Shown: positions 1 to 6,971, counted from the first letter of the stretch. The stretch: DNA of 12,099 nt from Gemmatimonadota bacterium (GCA_039589315.1 JBDHHQ010000116.1:1-12099), one strand, 5' to 3'. The notes: generated from the letters alone by a model not told the origin. Numbers and translations: made by a program.

Positions 1-109
1 CCGATCCACCCAGCTCTCGGGCGACGGCGGCCGCGACTGTAACGACTTCGTTGGCGACCCCGCGCAGGGATCCGTCACGCTGTTCGGCAAAGGCGAGAAC
101 GTCGCCCAT
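1..109 (-). CDS. etfA: Electron transfer flavoprotein alpha subunit, N-terminal fragment (runs off the window edge)
   Basis: Manual translation from ATG at 109 gives MGDVLAFAEQRDGSLRGVANEVVTVAAAVARELGGS, matching the usual EtfA start (VLxxAExxxGxLxxxxxE). GGGAG RBS at 116-120; lies directly downstream of etfB. Not in the ORF track. Confidence 0.88.
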   Translation of the reverse strand, partial: MGDVLAFAEQRDGSLRGVANEVVTVAAAVARELGGS

Positions 110-130
110 CGTCTACTCCCATCACGCTCG

Positions 131-218
131 GCTTCGACCCGGCGGGCCCGGTCGGGCAACGGGTGAAGCGGGTTTTCGAGGTGCCGACGGACGGATGCGC
201 AAGACCCGTCCGGTCGGC
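131..218. repeat. Two GC-rich inverted repeats in the etfB-etfA spacer
   Basis: 183-218: GCCGAC-GGACGG pairs with CCGTCC-g-GTCGGC. 131-169: GCTTC/GAAGC, ACCCG/CGGGT and GCCC/GGGC are nested. No U-tract on the coding strand. Confidence 0.55.
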
Positions 219-220
219 GG

Positions 221-970
221 TCACAGGACCTTCGCTTCTTCCCTCAGGAGCCGGACCAGCTCACCGGCCGCCTCGGCGCCTTCACCCACGATCCGGCCCT
301 CGGGCCGGGCCGGCGGGGTCTCGAGGGACTGGACGACCAGCCGGGATTCGGCGACCTGGGCGTCCTTTTCCACCAACGGCTTCCGCTTGGCCGCCATGAT
401 CCCCTTGAGGGACGCGTAGCGGGGCTCGAACGCGCCCTTCGTGATCGTGAGCACGGCCGGCAGGGTCAGCTCCACCTCCTCGGCGCCGCCCTCCACCTCT
501 CGATGACCCGTCACCACGCCGTCGCCGACCTCGAAGCTAGCCACCGCCGTGGCGCAGGGGCGACCCAGGAGCGTGGCCACCATCGGGCCGGTCTGCTGTT
601 GGTCGTCGTCGGCCGCCTTCACGCCGAACAGCACCAACGGGGCCCCCGACGCCTCGACCTCGGCCGCCAATGCCTTGGCGGTCGCCAGCCCGTCCATGGT
701 GACCTCTCCCTTGAGGAGGACCGCCTTGTCGGCTCCCATCGCGAGCCCCGCCCGAAGGGTCTCGGTGGACGAGGGGTCACCGAGGGTGAGCAGCGTGATC
801 TCGCCGCTCCCGGCCGCTTCCTTGGTGCGGAGGGCCGCCTCGAGCGCGAACTCGTCGTAGGGGCTCATCACGTACTTGACGCCCGAAGGCTCGATGGCGG
901 TGCCGTCGCCACCGATCTTCACGCGAGTCTCCGTGTCGGGGACCCGCTTGATGCAGATCAGGATGTCCAA
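221..970 (-). CDS. etfB: Electron transfer flavoprotein beta subunit (249 aa, TTG start)
   Basis: Motifs ICIKRVPD, MSPYDEFALEAALR, LAMGADKA, LVLFGVKAADDDQQQTGP and recognition loop EPRYASLKGIM; GGAG upstream of the TTG; followed by etfA. Confidence 0.96.
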   Translation of the reverse strand: MDILICIKRVPDTETRVKIGGDGTAIEPSGVKYVMSPYDEFALEAALRTKEAAGSGEITLLTLGDPSSTETLRAGLAMGADKAVLLKGEVTMDGLATAKALAAEVEASGAPLVLFGVKAADDDQQQTGPMVATLLGRPCATAVASFEVGDGVVTGHREVEGGAEEVELTLPAVLTITKGAFEPRYASLKGIMAAKRKPLVEKDAQVAESRLVVQSLETPPARPEGRIVGEGAEAAGELVRLLREEAKVL

Positions 971-1010
971 GTCTCTGCTCCGAGGTGGGGTTCAGACGGT
1001 ACGTGGACAG

Positions 1011-1044
1011 CCTCGAAACTTACCAGCTTCGAGGTGCAGTTCAA
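1011..1044 (-). promoter_or_regulatory. Putative sigma70-type promoter for etfBA with an overlapping palindrome
   Basis: Minus strand TTGAAC (1044-1039), 16-nt spacer ending in TGG, then TAAGTT (1022-1017, extended -10). Inverted repeat CCTCGAA-N10-TTCGAGG at 1011-1034. Confidence 0.55.
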
Positions 1045-1055
1045 CCGGAGAGGAA

Positions 1056-1125
1056 CCGAATGCCGTGTCGCTTTTCGCCCCGGCCCCGCGACGGGCGCGA
1101 AGGCCGGCGACGCCAGGCACTTCGG
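1056..1125. repeat. Long imperfect inverted repeat downstream of the NhaC-family gene
   Basis: Nested pairings CCGAA/TTCGG, TGCC/GGCA, GTGTCGC/GCGACGC, TTTTCGC/GCGAAGG and CCCG/CGGG. Confidence 0.5.
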
Positions 1126-1151
1126 GTGCTGCAGAGAGGACCCGCCTCCGG

Positions 1152-2561
1152 TCAGATCACCGCCCCCAGGACGGCGAATGCCAGGGTGGCCACGCCCCCC
1201 GCCAGAAGCGCGTACGGCAGCTGCGTTCGGACGTGGTCGATGTGGTCGGTGGCCGCAGCCATGGACGAGATGATGGTGGTGTCGCTGATGGGGGACGAGT
1301 GGTCCCCGAAGATGCCCCCGGACAGCGATGCCGCGACGAAGGGCGCGGCGGGAAGCCCGATGACCCCGGAGAGAGGGACCGCGATGGGGAGCATGATGGC
1401 GAACGTGCCCCAGCTCGACCCGATGGAGAATGCGATGCCCGCGGCGACCAGGAAGATGAGGGGCACGAGCACGAAGTTCGGCACCCTTCCCGCCGTGAGC
1501 TGGGCCACGTAGACGCCGGTACCGAGCTCGTCGGCCACGTTGCCCAGGGCGATGGCCAGGAGGAGGATCAGGGCCAGCGGCACCAGGCCCCCTGCCCCCT
1601 TGAGACCCACCCGCGTGAGCTCGTCGACCGACATGGCCGCCTGGGCCGTCAGCATGATCCACGCCGTGGCCAAGCCCGCCAGGACGGCCCAGAGCACCGA
1701 GGTGGAGCCCGACCCGGCCAGCATGTCGCCGTCACCGGTGACGTAGAGACCCAGGGGCATGGTCAGAACCATCACCAGGATAGGGATGACCATGTTCCGA
1801 GCCCGGGGGTGGACGGACTCGTCCAGCTCGGGCGAGGTCACCGATTCGTCGATCATCGGCTGGGCGCCGGGCCAGTGGAGGGCCCCTTCCCTCGTCCGCG
1901 CCTCCGCCTTCTTCATGGGCCCCACGTCGATCCCCCAGACGACCACCGAGAGGGCCAACAGCACGGCGGCGATGGCGTAGAAGTTCAGCAGGATCGACTG
2001 GAGGAACACCTCGAGGGGGGCATCCACCAGACCCGACAAGATCCCGAGGTTGTACGCGCCCCAGGCGTTCAGGGGGATGAGTATGCAGATCGGCGCCGAG
2101 GTGGAGTCGATCAGGTAGGCCAGCTTCTCCCGCGACGTGCGAAAGCGGTCGAACAGCGGCCGGGCCACGGAGCCGGCCACGAGCACCGTGATGTTGGACT
2201 CGATGAAGACCACCACCCCGATGATCCAGGCCAGCATCTGGGCGCCTCGCGCCGACGTGACCCAGTTGTTCTGCTCGATCCAGTTGACGAACCCGCGCAC
2301 GCCCCCTGCCGCCTCCACCGTGGCGATGAGCGCGCCGATGACCAGCGTGAACAGGATGACCTTGGCGTCGCCGTCGCTGGCGAGGACGGCCACCGTCTCG
2401 TCGATGGCCCGCCACAGGCCCGTGCCCGGGTTCCAGCCGGAGAGGACCGTCCAGCCCAACCAGATCCCGCCGCCCAGGCTCAGGAACACCTGCCGTGTCG
2501 TGATCGCCAGCACGATGGCCAGGATGGGCGGCAACAACGAGATCCAGGTGGGCTCGGTCAT
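1152..2561 (-). CDS. Na+/H+ antiporter NhaC-family membrane transporter (~469 aa)
   Basis: Many hydrophobic helices. Family motifs WISLLPPILAI, SREKLAYLIDSTSAP, GSSWGTF, GDHSSPISDTT and HIDHVRTQLPY. Start moved to ATG 2561, which forms an ATGA overlap with the glycosylase stop (2558-2560). Confidence 0.92.
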   Translation of the reverse strand: MTEPTWISLLPPILAIVLAITTRQVFLSLGGGIWLGWTVLSGWNPGTGLWRAIDETVAVLASDGDAKVILFTLVIGALIATVEAAGGVRGFVNWIEQNNWVTSARGAQMLAWIIGVVVFIESNITVLVAGSVARPLFDRFRTSREKLAYLIDSTSAPICILIPLNAWGAYNLGILSGLVDAPLEVFLQSILLNFYAIAAVLLALSVVVWGIDVGPMKKAEARTREGALHWPGAQPMIDESVTSPELDESVHPRARNMVIPILVMVLTMPLGLYVTGDGDMLAGSGSTSVLWAVLAGLATAWIMLTAQAAMSVDELTRVGLKGAGGLVPLALILLLAIALGNVADELGTGVYVAQLTAGRVPNFVLVPLIFLVAAGIAFSIGSSWGTFAIMLPIAVPLSGVIGLPAAPFVAASLSGGIFGDHSSPISDTTIISSMAAATDHIDHVRTQLPYALLAGGVATLAFAVLGAVI

Positions 2562-3238
2562 GGTGTCTCGACGGGATGTGGGGTCCGGGAAACGGCGGGA
2601 TGCCCCACCACGTGGAACCGGAGCGGCCAGTCCGCGGCATGGCGCACGCCGATGCGGCCGGTGGCGACGACGTCGCGGTCGTCCAGGGGCCACCCGGGCA
2701 GGAGTCTCAGCGGAGCCTGCCGAAGGTCGTGCCCGTTCAGGTCACCGGTGATCCCGAGTGCCTGGCAGAGCCGCCCGGGACCCGAGGCGAGCGGCGAGCG
2801 GCCGCGCCGGTGGGCCATGACGTCGCCACCGACGAGGGGGTCCAGGGCCCGAATCAGGACGGCTGACGGATGGCCCTGGGCGCTCGTCACGACGTTGAGG
2901 CACCAGTGCATGCCGTAGATGAAGTAGACGTACGCGACTCCGGCGGCGGCGAACATGACGTCGTTCCGCTCGGTGCGGCCGATTCGCTCCGCCGCGTGTG
3001 ACGCCGGATCGTGGGGGCCTACGTACGCCTCCGCCTCGACGATGACGCCTTCGGTGTGCCGGCCCCCCACCTCCGACACGATCCGGTGGCCCAGAAGGTC
3101 CCGGGCCACCAGGTCGGCGGCGCGCTCCAGGAAGTTGGGCGGAAACCGCGCGAGGGCGGGAGCCGACGAGCGCCAGGGCCAATCGAACGCTGCGTCGCCA
3201 CGGGCGGCGGCTGGCGCGGAGGCCGGAGGCGTGGGCAC
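2558..3238 (-). CDS. mpg: DNA-3-methyladenine glycosylase (MPG/AAG family)
   Basis: Motifs ARDLLG, IVEAEAY..PHDPASHA (catalytic Glu), AYVYFIYGMHWCLNVVT, AVLIRAL, SGPGRLCQALGI and RIGV. Start uncertain: GTG 3238 chosen as the first start clear of the upstream stop at 3258; the frame is open to 3322. Confidence 0.93.
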   Translation of the reverse strand: MPTPPASAPAAARGDAAFDWPWRSSAPALARFPPNFLERAADLVARDLLGHRIVSEVGGRHTEGVIVEAEAYVGPHDPASHAAERIGRTERNDVMFAAAGVAYVYFIYGMHWCLNVVTSAQGHPSAVLIRALDPLVGGDVMAHRRGRSPLASGPGRLCQALGITGDLNGHDLRQAPLRLLPGWPLDDRDVVATGRIGVRHAADWPLRFHVVGHPAVSRTPHPVETP

Positions 3239-3257
3239 GGACTCGGGAGTGCCCGAC

Positions 3258-5138
3258 TCAGTCGGCGGCCTTGCCCCGTGCGCCCCGACGCGTTCCCCGC
3301 CTGCGCCGCCGGGCACCGTCACCTGCGGGTGCCTCCTCGCGGCCGTCGTCTCTCGAGGCGTCGCCTCCGCGGGCCGGTGTATCGTCGCCGGCCGGCCGGG
3401 ACCCCGTCCCGGAACGACGATCGAAGTCTGCGCGCCACGCGTTGAGGAGCTGCTCCGCCCGCTTGGCCGGTACCAGTGACCCCAGGCGATCCGGGTCGGC
3501 GTGAAGAGTCTGGAAAAGGTCCCTCCCCAGCGCGCTCACGACCGTCTCCGCGGTCTTCTGGCCCACCCCCTTGTACCGGCTCGTGAGGTACCGGACCATC
3601 GCGTCGGGCTCGGAGGGAAGTCCCAGAGCCTTGACGTCGACGGCGCCGGAAGGCGGGCCGGATGAAAGGGGAGCCGAGCGGGACTGGCGACCCGCCACCT
3701 GGCCCTCCAGCAGAGGCGGCGGTCCTTCGCCCTTCTGCTTGCCGCGCTTGGAGCCACGACGCGCTCGCACGCCGCGACCGGACCGCGCCCCCGCCGCCTC
3801 GTCTGCAGGCGGGCCGGCGGCTTCTACCTCTGCTTGCGACGCCTCGTCGGGCTCCACGCGGCGCGCTTCGACGGGCTCCTCGACGGCCTTCCTGGCGCGG
3901 GCCCCTCGCGCGGTCGGCGTCCGGCGAGAGGGCGGCGCCTCCTCTTCCTGGTCGTCCGCGCCCTCCGGCGGCGAGCCCCCCGGCAGGGTCACCTCGAAGT
4001 TGCCCTTGTCCATGCGAGTGAGGGCGACCACCCCTTGCTCGTGGGCCTGGCGCAGGAACCGGCTGAACTTGGGGAACCCGAGCTCGGTCTCGTCGAAGCT
4101 ACCGTCGATCTCGAGCATCTTCCGCTTCACGTCGGAGTCCCGAACGGCGTCCCTGCCGTTGTCCTTGAGCCCGCCGAGGGCGGAGCGGAGCAGGTCGTAC
4201 GCCAATGAAAGCGGATCCTCCGGCGCAGCCGAGGTCTCCGGAGTCCCCGCCGACTCCGTCTGATCCGCCTTTCGTCCGCCCCTTCCTTCCCTCGATCGCC
4301 GGCCCCTCGTCCTCTCCGCCCGCCGCGGCCGTGCCTCCGGGACCTCGCCCGTCCGCAGGCTCGCGCCTCCCGAGGGGCTCACTTCGTATTGGCCGTTCTC
4401 CAGCTTCTTCAGGTTGATGAGGTTTCGGGACGACGCCTCCGCCAGGAACTTGCTGAACTTGGAGAACCCGTAGCTCTTCTCGTCGAACCCGGGGTCGAGC
4501 TCGAGCATGACCTGCTTGAGGCGATCGGAGCGCATCACATCGTCACGCGCCACCATGCGCTCCAAGGCCTGCTCAACCGTGGCCCAGGGGTCGAGAGGCT
4601 GATGCTCCAGGTCGCTGGTCTTCCGGAGTCCCGCCAACGACGTGTAGGAGTAGTACTCGTCGCAGTTCTGTACGAGGATGTCCGAGCTGGACTCCTGGAT
4701 CCCGATGCCGATCACGTACTTCCCGTACTCCTTGAGCTTGAGGACCAAGCTGGAGAAGTCGCTGTCTCCCGTCAGGAGGATGTACGTGCCGATCTCCGGA
4801 CGGATGAAGATGAGCTCCATCCCGTCGATGGCCATACGGATGTCGGTGGCGTTCTTCTTGGAGCTTCCATACGCCGGGGCGAAGATCAGGTCGATCGAAG
4901 CCTCGGAGAGTGGCACGATATACTGCGGATACCTGCGCCAGTCGGCGTAGGCCCGCTGGACCGTGACTTTTCCTTTGATGATGTCGGAGTTGAGGAGGGT
5001 CTTCAGCTCTTTGGCCAGGTCGCTCCTCATTCCCATCGTGACGTTGTCGAAGTCGATGAGGAGGGCAGCGTTGAGCGCATGCGCACCCGGTGCGGTGGCC
5101 CCCTCTACGTGGGGGGCCCGCGAAAACGGTGTGGTCAT
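3258..5138 (-). CDS. NYN-domain (PIN-fold) ribonuclease with two OST-HTH/LOTUS domains and a C-terminal RecD2-like HhH module (~626 aa)
   Basis: NYN motifs LLIDFDN, RAYADW, KKNATDIRMAID, LLTGDSDF and CDEYYSY (~5072-4635). Two LOTUS-type repeats, LDPGFDEKSYGFSKFSKFL (~4592-4377) and IDGSFDETELGFPKFSRFL (~4217-3984). HhH YLTSRYKGVGQKTAETVV (~3620-3426). ATG 5138 preferred over GTG 5201. Confidence 0.9.
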   Translation of the reverse strand: MTTPFSRAPHVEGATAPGAHALNAALLIDFDNVTMGMRSDLAKELKTLLNSDIIKGKVTVQRAYADWRRYPQYIVPLSEASIDLIFAPAYGSSKKNATDIRMAIDGMELIFIRPEIGTYILLTGDSDFSSLVLKLKEYGKYVIGIGIQESSSDILVQNCDEYYSYTSLAGLRKTSDLEHQPLDPWATVEQALERMVARDDVMRSDRLKQVMLELDPGFDEKSYGFSKFSKFLAEASSRNLINLKKLENGQYEVSPSGGASLRTGEVPEARPRRAERTRGRRSREGRGGRKADQTESAGTPETSAAPEDPLSLAYDLLRSALGGLKDNGRDAVRDSDVKRKMLEIDGSFDETELGFPKFSRFLRQAHEQGVVALTRMDKGNFEVTLPGGSPPEGADDQEEEAPPSRRTPTARGARARKAVEEPVEARRVEPDEASQAEVEAAGPPADEAAGARSGRGVRARRGSKRGKQKGEGPPPLLEGQVAGRQSRSAPLSSGPPSGAVDVKALGLPSEPDAMVRYLTSRYKGVGQKTAETVVSALGRDLFQTLHADPDRLGSLVPAKRAEQLLNAWRADFDRRSGTGSRPAGDDTPARGGDASRDDGREEAPAGDGARRRRRGTRRGARGKAAD

Positions 5139-5262
5139 TTCTGTCTTTTTCTCTCGCAGCGAGTCGTGTGTCGTGCCGCGAGACCTCCCCGCCTGCTCCA
5201 CTCCGCCTGACCGCGTACGGTGGGTGCGAATGTGGAGCGGGCCGGGGTGGCCTCCAGCTATG

Positions 5263-6864
5263 CTATGGCCGACGGGCCTGGTGCTCGGCCTGAATCATGC
5301 GGGCGAGCTCGACTCGTCGGACCTTGCCTGTCCCCGTGCGGGGGAACGCGTCCAGGAAGCGGGTCAGATCGGGGACCTTGTAGTCCGCGAGCGTCATCCG
5401 GCACCACTCCTGAATCTCCGGGCCGGTGACGATGGCTCCTTCCAGAGGCACGATACAGGCACAGATGGCCTCGCCCAGAACCTCGTCCGGGACGCCGACC
5501 ACGACGGCCTCGTCGACCGCCGGGTGGGACTGGAGGCGATCCTCCACTTCCCGGGGGTGGACGTTGAAGCCGCCCCGGATAATAACGGTCTTTCTCCTAC
5601 CCACCAAATGGAGAAAGCCCTCTTCGTCCACCATGCCCAGGTCTCCCGTGAGGAAGAACCCGTCCGCGCTGAAGGCCCGGCTGGTCTCGACGGGCTGGCG
5701 GTAGTACCCGACCATGAGCCCCGGTCCCTTCACCGCGATCTCTCCCACGCTCTCGACCGGAAGCTCCGTGCCGTCGCTCTCCAGGACACGAACCTCGCTC
5801 CCGCGAAGTGGCCGCCCCACGGTGAAACGAACCTTGTCGTCGGGATCGTCCGGGGAAGTGACGGACACCGTCGATCCGGTCTCGGTCAGGGAGTAGGCGA
5901 TCAAGAAATCCGGGCACAATCGCTCCCGGACGCCCTGCACGAGGCTGTCGCTCACGGGAGCGCCGGCGGCGACCCCGAGGCGCAGGCTCGAAACGTCGGA
6001 GCTCACGGTGTCCAATGCCTTGAGCTCGGTGACGAAGAGGGTCGGCACGCCGTACTGGACCGATGCCCCGTGACGCTCGATGAGCTCGAGGGTGGCCACG
6101 GCGTCGAATCCGTCCTGGAGGATCAGTGATGCACCGGCCACGAGTGCCCCCAGGACGCCCGGTCCCAGGCCGAAGACGTGGAAGAGCGCGTTCACCCCGA
6201 TGATCCGATCCTCGGGCAAGAGGCCCACCGCCTCCGCGGTGGCGGCGGCGACCTTGAGCAGACTGTCATGTGAGAGCTCCACACCCTTGGGTTTCCCGGT
6301 GGTCCCGGAGGTGTAGAGGATGGTGAAGACCGTATCGGCAGGCTCGAAAGGCGGCACGTCGTAGCTCCGGCCCGCGCCCGCCGAAAGCGCGTCCTCGAAC
6401 TGGAAGATCCGATCGTCGTACCAGAGATCCTCTTCCCCCACCGTGACCAGGTACTGGAGCTCGGGCAGTTGCGGGATGAGGTCCTCGAAGAGCTGCAGGT
6501 AGTCCACCCCGTCCAGGGTCTCGATGCAGACCGTGGCCACCGCTTCCGAGTGCCGGAGCATGTACTGGAGCTCCGGCACGGTGAGGCGCGGGTTCAGCGG
6601 GACGATCACGGCGCCGAGCTTGGCGGCCGCGAACATGGCGACGACGAACTCGGGACGGGCCGGCAGGATCAGCGCGATCCGATCTCCTGCCTCGATTCCC
6701 AGGTTGGCCAGGTGGGCGGCGAGAGATTCGGACTGGCTCTCCAGCTGCCCGAATGTCAGGACCTCGTCGTCGAAGAGAACGAAGGGTGCTTCGGGATCGG
6801 TCGTGGCGCGGATGGCGAGGGCACCGGCCACCGTCATTCCTGCAGTGCGCTGTAGGAGCGCCAT
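5263..6864 (-). CDS. Class I adenylate-forming enzyme (acyl-CoA ligase, FadD-like; 533 aa)
   Basis: P-loop ILYTSGTTGKPKGV, plus LFHVFG, AYSLTETG, FLTGDLG, GRRKTVIIRGGFNVHPREVE and catalytic Lys in PRTGTGKV. RBS GAGGTG just before the ATG. Substrate not determinable from sequence. Confidence 0.93.
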   Translation of the reverse strand: MALLQRTAGMTVAGALAIRATTDPEAPFVLFDDEVLTFGQLESQSESLAAHLANLGIEAGDRIALILPARPEFVVAMFAAAKLGAVIVPLNPRLTVPELQYMLRHSEAVATVCIETLDGVDYLQLFEDLIPQLPELQYLVTVGEEDLWYDDRIFQFEDALSAGAGRSYDVPPFEPADTVFTILYTSGTTGKPKGVELSHDSLLKVAAATAEAVGLLPEDRIIGVNALFHVFGLGPGVLGALVAGASLILQDGFDAVATLELIERHGASVQYGVPTLFVTELKALDTVSSDVSSLRLGVAAGAPVSDSLVQGVRERLCPDFLIAYSLTETGSTVSVTSPDDPDDKVRFTVGRPLRGSEVRVLESDGTELPVESVGEIAVKGPGLMVGYYRQPVETSRAFSADGFFLTGDLGMVDEEGFLHLVGRRKTVIIRGGFNVHPREVEDRLQSHPAVDEAVVVGVPDEVLGEAICACIVPLEGAIVTGPEIQEWCRMTLADYKVPDLTRFLDAFPRTGTGKVRRVELARMIQAEHQARRP

Positions 6865-6899
6865 CTCACCTCGTGGCAGGGGATTCGACGTGCGCCCGC

Positions 6900-6928
6900 A
6901 AGATAGAGGCGGGCCTCACCGGCGTCAA
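6900..6928 (-). promoter_or_regulatory. Putative sigma70 promoter for the acyl-CoA ligase (and possibly the NYN-mpg-NhaC genes)
   Basis: Minus strand TTGACG (6928-6923), exactly 17 nt, then TATCTT (6905-6900); about 35 nt upstream of the ATG. Confidence 0.72.
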
Positions 6929-6946
6929 CGCGAGGGCGGAGCGGTA

Positions 6947-6971
6947 TAAATGGCTGATTTGCATTGGGTTA
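6947..6971. promoter_or_regulatory. 25-bp spaced palindrome TAA-N5-TG-N5-CA-N5-TTA, candidate protein-binding site
   Basis: TAA ATGGC TG ATTTG CA TTGGG TTA is an AT-rich patch in GC-rich DNA, 18 nt upstream of the -35. Its TTA end is the aroB stop codon. Confidence 0.4.

Noticed and set aside
876..2918. 680-aa plus-strand ORF
   Set aside because: Antisense shadow of the NhaC gene. Its G/R/H/D-rich composition is typical of reverse frames in high-GC3 genes, and it has no recognisable motifs.
3258..5138. NYN gene as a toxin-antitoxin or anti-phage defence island component
   Set aside because: No antitoxin, mobile element, compositional shift or defence neighbours; it is embedded among housekeeping genes.
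6945..6971. AT-rich patch as a dif/Xer site or plus-strand promoter (TATAAA)
   Set aside because: Does not fit the 11-6-11 dif layout or the TTATGTTAAAT XerD arm, and there is no plus-strand -35 at suitable spacing.
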